DNA of 24,793 nucleotides from a virus (Duplodnaviria; Heunggongvirae; Uroviricota; Caudoviricetes): IMG/VR virus record IMGVR_UViG_2740892230_000034; one strand, 5' to 3'. Shown piece by piece: positions 17,067 to 24,793 of this stretch (position 1 is its first letter; each line of letters starts with the position of its first letter). The notes under the pieces were generated by a model. It saw only the letters and a program-made list of their open reading frames with translations, ran no database searches and was not told where the DNA came from. The position numbers and the translations under genes were made by a program.

Positions 17067-18338
17067 TTACGGATTACCGAAGAACTGACCGCCCATGTGA
17101 GGGTTAAAGCACACATATGCAGGCAGTAAGTCAAAGCGCATTTTTTGCACGTTGGCATCGCCATCTGCGTATTTATGTACGCGGATGGAGAAACCTTCAT
17201 ATGTTGCAACAGCAGAATCAATACTGTGCAGTTTCGGCAGTGGGATAGAGCCAAGTCCACAGAAGAACTTGTTATAGAACAGGTTTGGCTTCATTGTCTG
17301 GCTAGCAGTGCCTACTACAGATACGGCATCGCCTGCCGCTACCTGACGACTTACAGAGTTGTACTGCGGGTTTGTAGTGTCATAAATCGGAACACCAGAA
17401 AGCGTAACCGTCACATCGCCACTGCTGTCTGAATTAGCATCAGCAGTAACCGTTGCAGTGAAGCTAATTGGTGTGGCTCCGTTATACAACGCCTGTTTGG
17501 TCTGCTGTTGCAGCCAGTAGGTATTGGTGAATTTAACCTGATCACCAGCTTTCAGAAAACCTGTAACGCTGGCTGTCGCTCCGGTCAATGTTACAGTGAA
17601 CTGGTATGAGTCTTTAACTGCGTTATAGGTAACAGTTGGCTGTGTTTTGACTGTCAGTGTTCCGCCAAATGCCCCCTGCGTACGAGAGGCAAGCCCATTA
17701 GACATCAGTGCGCGAATGCCGCCAAAATTGGTTGGAATCTGCGCATTCTCCCATGCAGTACGAACCAATTGATCTGAAGCGTGCAAACCAGTCTGCGCAT
17801 CAGCAAGTCGCTGTGCAGACCATGGATCCATTACAGCATAGTTTTCACCTTCATTAACGCCGAGGTCTTTCAGGAAAGATGCCGTCTGCGCAACATCAGA
17901 CCATTTGGTGATTGGAGTATTGGGGCTACCAAGTGACAACGCACCGTTATTCATCATGAAGTGAGCAAGCTCTGTTTCAAGGTCGGTAACGATTCGCTGG
18001 CGAACCGGCGCGAGAATTTCTTCCAGTTGGTTAAGCTTGATCGCTTCCTCCAGTTGCTGATATTCAACAGCAACAGTGATGTAGTTACCTACACGCCCCG
18101 TAGCTTTACCTGAGTTCAGGTTGTTTTTATTTTGCCCTGAAATATCACCAGTGGGAGTACGGAGGGATGAGAATTGATGCGGACGTTTAAAGCTAACGCT
18201 ATCGCCAGTGCTGGAGTTGATTTCACCTGCCAGCAACTGACGGTCTACGGTTTTCGCCAGAACTAAATCTGACATAAAACCAGGAAGGAATTTTTTCAGA
18301 ACGATTTGACTGACGTTACTGTCGAGATTGTTAGGCAT
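17067..18338 (-). CDS. Major capsid (coat) protein (423 aa)
   Basis: Follows the scaffold gene in conserved order. The 423-aa length matches what I recall for the Sf6-type coat protein. Followed by a hairpin terminator, as is common after major capsid genes. Confidence 0.85.
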   Translation of the reverse strand: MPNNLDSNVSQIVLKKFLPGFMSDLVLAKTVDRQLLAGEINSSTGDSVSFKRPHQFSSLRTPTGDISGQNKNNLNSGKATGRVGNYITVAVEYQQLEEAIKLNQLEEILAPVRQRIVTDLETELAHFMMNNGALSLGSPNTPITKWSDVAQTASFLKDLGVNEGENYAVMDPWSAQRLADAQTGLHASDQLVRTAWENAQIPTNFGGIRALMSNGLASRTQGAFGGTLTVKTQPTVTYNAVKDSYQFTVTLTGATASVTGFLKAGDQVKFTNTYWLQQQTKQALYNGATPISFTATVTADANSDSSGDVTVTLSGVPIYDTTNPQYNSVSRQVAAGDAVSVVGTASQTMKPNLFYNKFFCGLGSIPLPKLHSIDSAVATYEGFSIRVHKYADGDANVQKMRFDLLPAYVCFNPHMGGQFFGNP

Positions 18339-18349
18339 TTATCTTTTCC

Positions 18350-19234
18350 TTATTCGATTTTTGCGCCGGGGCATAATTTGTTGAATTCGTCTTGTTTCGC
18401 ATCAGCACCGCCACCACGTACTTCCGGCTCTGGCTTGATGGCTTTCTTTGGTTTTGGAGCAAGGCTTACCTGTTTGCTAATCTGCCCCAAGAGGAATGCT
18501 GCGCGAATTGGATCTGTCTCAGCGGCTACACGCTGGCGTAATTGCTGGCTCTTACCTAAGCCATAGGCGAGTAGTTCAGAGCCTTCGTCTGCACAGTGAA
18601 TGATGATTTCCTGCTGAATTGGTGGTAGCTCACTAAGAACAATGGCTTCCATTTCCTGATAATCTTTCACAGGAAGTTTGGCTGCCCGTTGTTTATGCGC
18701 TTCTACCCTTTGCTGGAAACGCTGCTGGTATTCCTGTTGCTGACGTAGTTTTTGTTGCTGCTGCTGTTCGACACGGCCTTTTTTCTCATGCCAATCAGTC
18801 AATGCCTGTTCAAACGCCTGTTCGTCATAATCACACGACTCAAGAGTCGGTTTTGGTGGAATAGCGTCTGGTTGTGGTTGCTGATGTTCCGCAGGCTTGG
18901 CTAATGCTTCCTCAAGCTGGCGTCGCAACTCACGGTTTTCTTTCTGTGTTTCTTTGAAGACTTTGCGAAGATCTTTCACCCATTGCGGTGCAGGTTGCCC
19001 GTCAATGTGATCATCATCGTCAGCGTTAAGCTGAATTTCTTCATCACCAATACGCAAGGCGTAATCTTCTGGTGTCTCTTCGGTTTTTTCAGGATCAGTT
19101 GCCATCTCTTTTCCGTTGTCATCCTGGCTTTCATTCTCAGGCTGTGACTCTGTTTGGATGATGGTTTCTTCTGCATTTTCCTGTGTTTCAGACAGGTCAA
19201 TAACCTGACCGTCGATGATCAGTTCGTTTTCCAT
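18350..19234 (-). CDS. Scaffolding protein (294 aa)
   Basis: Highly acidic, Gln/Glu-rich and predicted helical (QQQQQKLRQQQEYQQRFQQRVEAHKQ). Lies between portal and coat. Confidence 0.85.
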   Translation of the reverse strand: MENELIIDGQVIDLSETQENAEETIIQTESQPENESQDDNGKEMATDPEKTEETPEDYALRIGDEEIQLNADDDDHIDGQPAPQWVKDLRKVFKETQKENRELRRQLEEALAKPAEHQQPQPDAIPPKPTLESCDYDEQAFEQALTDWHEKKGRVEQQQQQKLRQQQEYQQRFQQRVEAHKQRAAKLPVKDYQEMEAIVLSELPPIQQEIIIHCADEGSELLAYGLGKSQQLRQRVAAETDPIRAAFLLGQISKQVSLAPKPKKAIKPEPEVRGGGADAKQDEFNKLCPGAKIE

Positions 19235-19247
19235 TGATTACTCCTGG

Positions 19248-21374
19248 TTAACTCGGCATTAAGTCTGCCGGTGACTGTGGTGGTGACTGGAATTGCTGTT
19301 GTTGTGACTCGGCGACATCTTTCAGAAGGCGTATTGCCTCCATCACTGCTTTGTCATCGATGTTTCTGGCTTGAGCCAGTTTATAGACAGTGTTTGCCTG
19401 ACTCTCCATCGCATCCTGCTGGGCAGTAAATGCTTTGATTTGAGTTTGAGCAGTTTCGTTAGTTGCTTTTTGCGCTTCTGCCTGCGCTGCTACCATTTGC
19501 GCCTGAGCGAGAACCATTTCAGGATTTGGCTGGCTTTGTGCTGCCATTTGCGCCTGTTGAACAATCTGCTGCTCTTTCTCATTGCGTGGTTTTGCAATAC
19601 CAGATATCAGCAGTTGGTTTCGGTTGTACTCTTTGAAGTCATCAAGGCCTTCGCCATCGATATTGTCCAGAATAATACCCTGAATTGCCGGGCGCATTGG
19701 GTCTGTTGGAAGCATAGAGCTAAGGACATTTGTCAGTACAGAAACCGTTGCATCACGTCGTGCTGTGTAGCTTGGTCCAACATCAACCGTCACATCGTAT
19801 CGACCGACAGAAAGGTCATTTAACGCAACAACAGCCCCTGTTTGCCTGTCAACAACCTGTGCGCTCATGACAGCGATATCATCACTTCCATCTTCGTTAA
19901 CGATGCGCACTTCACGTTCTGAACCGTACACTTCACGCGCCATTGACAGCCATACTTCACCAGCGCGTTTAAGACTTTTCGCCATATTGTCCAGATAGAT
20001 AAACGAAGCCATATCTGCTCTGTTCATCAAGTTGTTAACCGTTTCCTGAGCAATATTACTTGGCATCTGCTGCATGGCCTGACTGCCGCCTGTAACCTCC
20101 TGAATATCTGCACTGGTTTGCTGTAGTAATGCAGCCAATGCCTGATTCATAACCGCAGGCTGTGTATATCCTGCCGGGGTAGCTCCAGCGATAATGTTGC
20201 CAGATTTATCTCTCACTTCGCGCAACGGCAAGAACGCTGGGCGTTTCTTGTTACGAGCCTCCCAGTGCTTCTCAAGTCCACGAATTTGCTCCATGCCAAC
20301 TATAGGGATCTGACCGGGGTCTTGCGCTGCAGTATCAGCCAGCATTGATACCTGAAGGTTATACAAACGCTGTGGATCCATTGCTTTTGCAATGTGCCCT
20401 TCGACACGCTCAATGTCATCAATGAACCAGCGTTTTCCATAAACCGGGATGAGGGGGATATGTTCACCAGGAATACGTCGAGGTTTCTCAAGGAAACCAT
20501 CACCATCCACTACGGATACATACACACGACGGCGCTTCACTGAGCGCCTTGCCACTTCATGAAATCCAGCTATTGCCAGTTCATCTTCAATATCTTCAAC
20601 CTGATCACTGTCGTATGTTGCAATCTCTCCAGTGATTGGATGTCGATAACTGATGACGTCAACAGACTCTTTACGAACTTCGTAATACTTCGCTATGTAA
20701 ATAACATCTGCATCAAACCAGTCATATTCCCAACTGGTCATAGACGTTACGTCCAGAGAAGCAGGAGGTTTCTTTCCGTATTCAGTCTCATATTTTTCAG
20801 GTGACAACGAATACATGCAGAACGCCCACAACGCGTCAGATTTGTCGTACTTCTTAGCGTCAGGGTCAAACCACACAGAGCGCGACGGGTCGTATATTGG
20901 TTCAATAGCAATACGCTGACGATCGTCCATGGGGTCGAATTCATTGACCAGCATCGACGTCAAACGGAAGCAACCGAAACCACCGGTAGCAGCGTCGTCA
21001 AATGCATTATCGCAAGCCTCACCGCCATCAGTTTCTTCGTAGTCAGCACGGAACAGACCATTTAATTTATTGGCTAACTCTTCGCTTGCCTCTCTGTCAC
21101 CAGGGCGAAACTTAACAGTGATTCTGTTATTGCGGTATTCTGCAATGATGCGGTTAAGTTCAGTTGCTACCTTATTGATTTCAAACTTAGGATACTTCTC
21201 GAACTGCTCATCAAGCTTAGTTCCAGCCGCCGTTGCTCCTTCCCATTGACCTCCGGGGACACGAGCAAACCTCGTAGCTTCAATGCACTTTTCGCGCACT
21301 TCCTGCTGTGGAGAATAGGCGCGGTCAAACCTGAGCATGATCCGCTCATGTTTTTTCTCTAATGTCTCTGCCAT
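19248..21374 (-). CDS. Portal protein (708 aa from ATG 21374)
   Basis: Large ORF immediately downstream of the large terminase gene. I prefer the start at MAETLEKKHERIMLRFDRAYS (ATG 21372-21374), 2 nt after the terminase stop, over the ORF-track start at 21446, which would overlap the terminase gene by 70 nt. Confidence 0.85.
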   Translation of the reverse strand: MAETLEKKHERIMLRFDRAYSPQQEVREKCIEATRFARVPGGQWEGATAAGTKLDEQFEKYPKFEINKVATELNRIIAEYRNNRITVKFRPGDREASEELANKLNGLFRADYEETDGGEACDNAFDDAATGGFGCFRLTSMLVNEFDPMDDRQRIAIEPIYDPSRSVWFDPDAKKYDKSDALWAFCMYSLSPEKYETEYGKKPPASLDVTSMTSWEYDWFDADVIYIAKYYEVRKESVDVISYRHPITGEIATYDSDQVEDIEDELAIAGFHEVARRSVKRRRVYVSVVDGDGFLEKPRRIPGEHIPLIPVYGKRWFIDDIERVEGHIAKAMDPQRLYNLQVSMLADTAAQDPGQIPIVGMEQIRGLEKHWEARNKKRPAFLPLREVRDKSGNIIAGATPAGYTQPAVMNQALAALLQQTSADIQEVTGGSQAMQQMPSNIAQETVNNLMNRADMASFIYLDNMAKSLKRAGEVWLSMAREVYGSEREVRIVNEDGSDDIAVMSAQVVDRQTGAVVALNDLSVGRYDVTVDVGPSYTARRDATVSVLTNVLSSMLPTDPMRPAIQGIILDNIDGEGLDDFKEYNRNQLLISGIAKPRNEKEQQIVQQAQMAAQSQPNPEMVLAQAQMVAAQAEAQKATNETAQTQIKAFTAQQDAMESQANTVYKLAQARNIDDKAVMEAIRLLKDVAESQQQQFQSPPQSPADLMPS

Positions 21375-21376
21375 GT

Positions 21377-22789
21377 TTACCAACCGGAGGATGAGGGAAC
21401 GTATATTTCTGTTTCTTCGCGGACCAATGCCGGGCAATGCATACACATCATCAGCGCATCAGCCAGGTTAGGAGATGGGATACCGAGCTTCTGCTTCATT
21501 TCGACCTTAGTCATAAGCTCCAGCTTCCCGTTGTTATTGAATTTGCGCTGAATCTGCGTAAGTTCTGCAAACAGCTTCTCCAGCATCTTCTCGCCTATCG
21601 CTTCTTTGTCGAAACTCAGCATGTCGTCTGGGTCTGCATACTCACCGTGAACAACCGCCCGATATGTCAGATACAGCCTGTCAGCCAGCGCGTAATAGAA
21701 TTGCGCTCGCTTATTGCGGAATACATCGCCAATAGTGCGAACGTTGTCGCCCTGTACGACTTCATCAGCCCATGCCCCGGCCTGATACGGTGCATCTTCA
21801 TCGAATGGCGATTCGCTGCCCTTGAACATCGTGGCGGTGATTTTCTTGCCGGAGAACGCTTCCGTTGTCTGTCTGCGTAGCCCAGCACCAACACCATCAC
21901 CATCCCACAGGTAATGGTCAGCGCCGTCTTCAATCGCCAGCGAAGTAGCCCAGTCAGCACCCTCGTTGATGTCCATCAGCAGACCTTCGGCAATGCGCTT
22001 AACTACCGAACCGTGACGCGATGCATAACCTTTAGCATCTGGCCCTGTATCTGACGGGTCATGCGCAGAGACAACCGCGCCTTTCGCTTTCCATCCGAGC
22101 TTCTTGTGCGCATCGGTTGCAGCTTCAAGCCATTCTCGTTTGATGATTGCCATATCACTTGCGCTTACCGGCTCACCAAGCCAGATGTGACGATACAGTG
22201 TCGGATTTCTGCGTTTACACTCTTCCATCTCAAGACGGAGAACTTCAGGAAAATGCGGGTTGTCGGTGTAGTTCACCGTCAGCAGGCAAATATCATCGGG
22301 AGGATTTACAACGAATCGCTGATAGGTATCGTCGAGTATGTTCTTCGGGTTAAAACTCACCCATATTTCAGAGAACGGCTTACGGATGGTCGGTATCAGG
22401 ATATCCCATGATTCCTTCGTTACCGCTTCCGCTTCTTCCACCCAGCAGATATCAATGCCTTCGAGCGATTTAATCTTCGTCGGGTTGTTTTTGATGCCGT
22501 AGAACATGAATTCAGCATTCGTTCCGAGATGACGAATCATTGAACGCTGAATTTCAAACTCGGCCGAATACCCTTCACGCTCGATGGTGTCTTCAAGCAA
22601 CCTGATTACCGAATCGCTGATACTGTTTTGCAGTTCACGAGCGCAGAGAATACGCACAGGCTGCCGACGCGCCGCTTCAACAAGCAGCCTCGCAATTGCC
22701 CATGATTTACCGCTACCTCGACCGCCTTTGGCGACTTTGTAGCGATGCGCCTCAATGAACGGTTCAAAGATAGGATTAATCGAGGTCAT
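21377..22789 (-). CDS. Terminase large subunit (470 aa)
   Basis: Walker A motif KGGRGSGKSW near the N-terminus. Size and position immediately after the small terminase gene, which it overlaps by 4 nt. Confidence 0.95.
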   Translation of the reverse strand: MTSINPIFEPFIEAHRYKVAKGGRGSGKSWAIARLLVEAARRQPVRILCARELQNSISDSVIRLLEDTIEREGYSAEFEIQRSMIRHLGTNAEFMFYGIKNNPTKIKSLEGIDICWVEEAEAVTKESWDILIPTIRKPFSEIWVSFNPKNILDDTYQRFVVNPPDDICLLTVNYTDNPHFPEVLRLEMEECKRRNPTLYRHIWLGEPVSASDMAIIKREWLEAATDAHKKLGWKAKGAVVSAHDPSDTGPDAKGYASRHGSVVKRIAEGLLMDINEGADWATSLAIEDGADHYLWDGDGVGAGLRRQTTEAFSGKKITATMFKGSESPFDEDAPYQAGAWADEVVQGDNVRTIGDVFRNKRAQFYYALADRLYLTYRAVVHGEYADPDDMLSFDKEAIGEKMLEKLFAELTQIQRKFNNNGKLELMTKVEMKQKLGIPSPNLADALMMCMHCPALVREETEIYVPSSSGW

Positions 22790-23211
22790 TTTCCGAATAG
22801 AGTGCTCATCGGTGATGTTTCAATCTGGATTGCGCCGCCGTCCTTACCGACAAGCTCGTTAGTTACCTTGTCGCCATACTTACGGGGATTCATTCGGGCC
22901 AACGCCCATTTGCGTGTATCAACGCGAAGTCTTGCCTTTGCCACCTCAGCAGCATCTGGAATCGCAGTGTCAGCAATTTCGAATATCTCTTCGAAAATAG
23001 AATCAGCTCGCGCCTCAGTTGCCTTCGCGTACTTGTCTCTAAATTCGTCATGCTCTGACAGCCAGCGAAATACAGTAGCCTTTGCTGGCATGCCGGGGCG
23101 CTTGCAAACCTTAACCAGACTTTCCCCGGAGGCAAGCAGCGCACAGATATCATCAGCCACCTCCGGCAGGTAATCCGAAGGGCGACCGACATTCTTTTTC
23201 TCAGTCGCCAT
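22786..23211 (-). CDS. Terminase small subunit (141 aa)
   Basis: MATEKKNVGRPSDYLPEVADDICALLASGESLVKVCKRPGMPAKATVFRWLSEHDEFRDKYAKATEARADSIFEEIFEIADTA... matches the Sf6-type small terminase N-terminal DNA-binding domain as I recall it. Directly upstream of the large terminase gene. Confidence 0.9.
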   Translation of the reverse strand: MATEKKNVGRPSDYLPEVADDICALLASGESLVKVCKRPGMPAKATVFRWLSEHDEFRDKYAKATEARADSIFEEIFEIADTAIPDAAEVAKARLRVDTRKWALARMNPRKYGDKVTNELVGKDGGAIQIETSPMSTLFGK

Positions 23212-23290
23212 ATTGATTATTTCCCTTCTGCTTGCTTATCCCATTCATCGCGGAATTTGGATGGGTTGTCGAAACCTTGAGTTGCCATGT

Positions 23291-23533
23291 TTACGCTCCG
23301 GTAGTGAACAGGTCTAACGCTTCCTTCGATTTACGCACCGCTTCGATAGTGCGCGTCGTGATATCTGAATTAGCGCCACCTGACTGGAAGTGAATTTTGA
23401 ATAGCTCAAGCTTCAGCTCGTCAGTGCCAATGAATTGAAATGCTTCTTCTGCGGCTGCGTTCTGGTTCATGACCAGTTTGTAAATCTCTAACTGGAATTT
23501 CTGTTCTTCAGTCATGGGAATAATCTCTGCCAT
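23291..23533 (-). CDS. Hypothetical protein (80 aa)
   Basis: ORF with Shine-Dalgarno GGAG 5 nt upstream of ATG 23531-23533. Lies in the lysis-to-terminase interval. Confidence 0.5.
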   Translation of the reverse strand: MAEIIPMTEEQKFQLEIYKLVMNQNAAAEEAFQFIGTDELKLELFKIHFQSGGANSDITTRTIEAVRKSKEALDLFTTGA

Positions 23534-23636
23534 TGTTGGCTCCGTTTATCCGTTAAAAGGGATATCAGTTAAGTTATCCCGTGTAGGGTATAAGCCATTA
23601 TCAAAGCCACTCTGTAGGGAATGGCTTTTGTAATAA

Positions 23637-24017
23637 CTACTGCTCGCTTAGCTTCTGCTTCAGCAAGTAACCTTCGAGCATCCAGATTTTGTTTACAGCA
23701 TTTTGCCGGGAAATCTTCCGACCAATTTCTGCATCAAAGTTTTCCGGGCTTGCACAGGCACTCTCTCCGGTGACGGTGAAGCCATTCTTCAGCACCAGTA
23801 CGCAGAAAGTGAGCAACTTCAATGGTGATAAATCACGATCGCCTTCTTCTGGTTTTTCCCTGCCACAATATTCGTTGCTGGAAATGGCACCATTTCGTCC
23901 ATCATAAGCAGTAAAGTAATGCTCGCTTTTAATCACGTCTTCGATGTGCTGCGGGGTGATTCGCGGTGCCGTTTTGCCTTTCTCAACGATTTCTTTTTCG
24001 ATTTGCTGGTCGTTCAT
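23637..24017 (-). CDS. Conserved phage protein of unknown function (126 aa)
   Basis: ORF MNDQQIEKEIVEKGKTAPRITPQHIEDVIKSEHYFTAYDGRNGAISSNEYCGREKPEEGDRDLSPLKLL... Tentatively resembles the N4 gp49 / Sf6 gene 66 family, from memory and unverified. Confidence 0.5.
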   Translation of the reverse strand: MNDQQIEKEIVEKGKTAPRITPQHIEDVIKSEHYFTAYDGRNGAISSNEYCGREKPEEGDRDLSPLKLLTFCVLVLKNGFTVTGESACASPENFDAEIGRKISRQNAVNKIWMLEGYLLKQKLSEQ

Positions 24018-24250
24018 AATTATGACCCTGTGGAGTGGTTGCTTGATTAGGATGTCTTTCCATCAGTCCGCCACTACAAAGAATCTTTTTTGCCATCAGG
24101 CAGGAGGTTCATCTTTCAGTGGCTGCCAGTGTTATTTCCCCACTTACTGGCTTGGGTTGTTTCGCGGTACTGCCGTAACTGGTTACCCAGAATAAATTCC
24201 GGTTTCATTATCAAGCCCACCCGTAGATAGGCTTTGTAATGCCTACATGG

Positions 24251-24730
24251 TTAAATGATTTGCCAGTCTTCAGCCATCAGGTCGCCAATGGATGGAACCC
24301 ATGTAGCAAGGCGGTTCTGTGAGTTTTTCAATACAAGCGTGTCATTGAAAGTTGGCTCGCCAACATATTCGCCAAAGCCATAACCCAACGCAGACGCTAA
24401 TTTTTCCCCTTTCACGAGATAAACAAACTGGTCTTTCCCATTCCATCCTGCCCGCTGCAAACTTTTGCCCTGTTTTAACGCTTCCATGGCAAGGCCGAAA
24501 CTTAGCCCTGATACCGGACGATAAGCCTTTTCGAATACTTCTTTTGGACTCCAGCTAACGTAGCCATCAAAGCGATCGGTGTTAGGTTTTCCGCCATCCA
24601 GATATTCAACCAGATAGCCTTCGTCCTCGCCGTTTTCTCCGGCAGGAAGCTGCCAGCCACGAAAATCGTTATATGCCTGTCTCGTCATCGGAAAGGCGTT
24701 AATCAGTTTTACGCCAATATGCTGGGTCAT
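24251..24730 (-). CDS. Two-domain protein with a C-terminal DUF2829 (Tad2-like) domain (159 aa)
   Basis: The C-terminal half FGLAMEALKQGKSLQRAGWNGKDQFVYLVKG...ATWVPSIGDLMAEDWQII carries the DUF2829 hallmarks (EALKxGKxxxRxGWNGK and DLxAEDW at the C-terminus). The N-terminal ~75 aa has no assignment. Confidence 0.6.
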   Translation of the reverse strand: MTQHIGVKLINAFPMTRQAYNDFRGWQLPAGENGEDEGYLVEYLDGGKPNTDRFDGYVSWSPKEVFEKAYRPVSGLSFGLAMEALKQGKSLQRAGWNGKDQFVYLVKGEKLASALGYGFGEYVGEPTFNDTLVLKNSQNRLATWVPSIGDLMAEDWQII

Positions 24731-24752
24731 AAAATTACCTATGGAGTTGGGA

Positions 24753-24776
24753 ATAAAAAACCCCGCGAATGCGAGG
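24753..24776 (-). terminator. Intrinsic terminator (minus strand) 25 bp upstream of the DUF2829 gene
   Basis: On the minus strand: CCTCGC-ATTC-GCGGGG hairpin (one G-U pair) followed by TTTTTTATT. Confidence 0.5.
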
Positions 24777-24793
24777 CTAAATCCTGGTGTTTG

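Noticed and set aside
21375-21446. Upstream extension of the portal ORF overlapping the terminase 3' end
   Set aside because: The start at 21374 immediately follows the terminase stop and gives a 708-aa protein. The extension would overlap the terminase gene by 70 nt.
22890-23192. Alternative-frame 100-aa ORF within the small terminase gene
   Set aside because: Same strand but different frame from the recognisable small-terminase sequence. No independent support.
23559-23627. Inverted repeats GGGATA...TATCCC and AAGCCATT...AATGGCTT downstream of the 126-aa gene, as a possible terminator
   Set aside because: The loops are long (10 and 20 nt) and there is no clear U-tract on the transcribed minus strand. 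Insufficient for a terminator call.

Overview
This window is most of a P22/Sf6-like podovirus genome (or prophage) in phage-map order, with the late structural genes on the minus strand. Reading along the minus strand from the window end: three small genes of the lysis-to-terminase interval (including a protein with a DUF2829/Tad2-like C-terminal domain), small terminase, large terminase (Walker A GGRGSGKS), portal, scaffold, coat, gp4/gp10/gp26 (tail needle)/gp14 homologues, three ejection proteins (gp7/gp20/gp16-like), a small accessory island in the sieA position, a P22-type immI region (mnt-like, arc, two antirepressor-like genes, with putative sar-like antisense RNAs), and the tailspike. 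On the plus strand at the left end are a P4-family tyrosine integrase and a low-GC 636-aa AT3-SGNH O-antigen acyltransferase (OafA/Oac-like lysogenic-conversion gene), which converges on the tailspike at a shared hairpin terminator. The integrase region is disrupted by three N-runs with diverged duplicated flanks and a roughly 210-bp IS3-family fragment, which I read as scaffolding or collapsed-repeat artefacts rather than biology. No tRNA, rRNA or CRISPR array was found. The best candidates for undescribed biology are the three-gene accessory island at 8606-9498 (YjzC-like protein, HExxH protein, small membrane protein), the DUF2829-domain protein at 24251-24730, the duplicated sar-like antisense module with two Mnt paralogues, and the low-GC acyltransferase with a mosaic tailspike 3' end. 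All homology statements are from reading the translations and from memory of the families; no searches were run.
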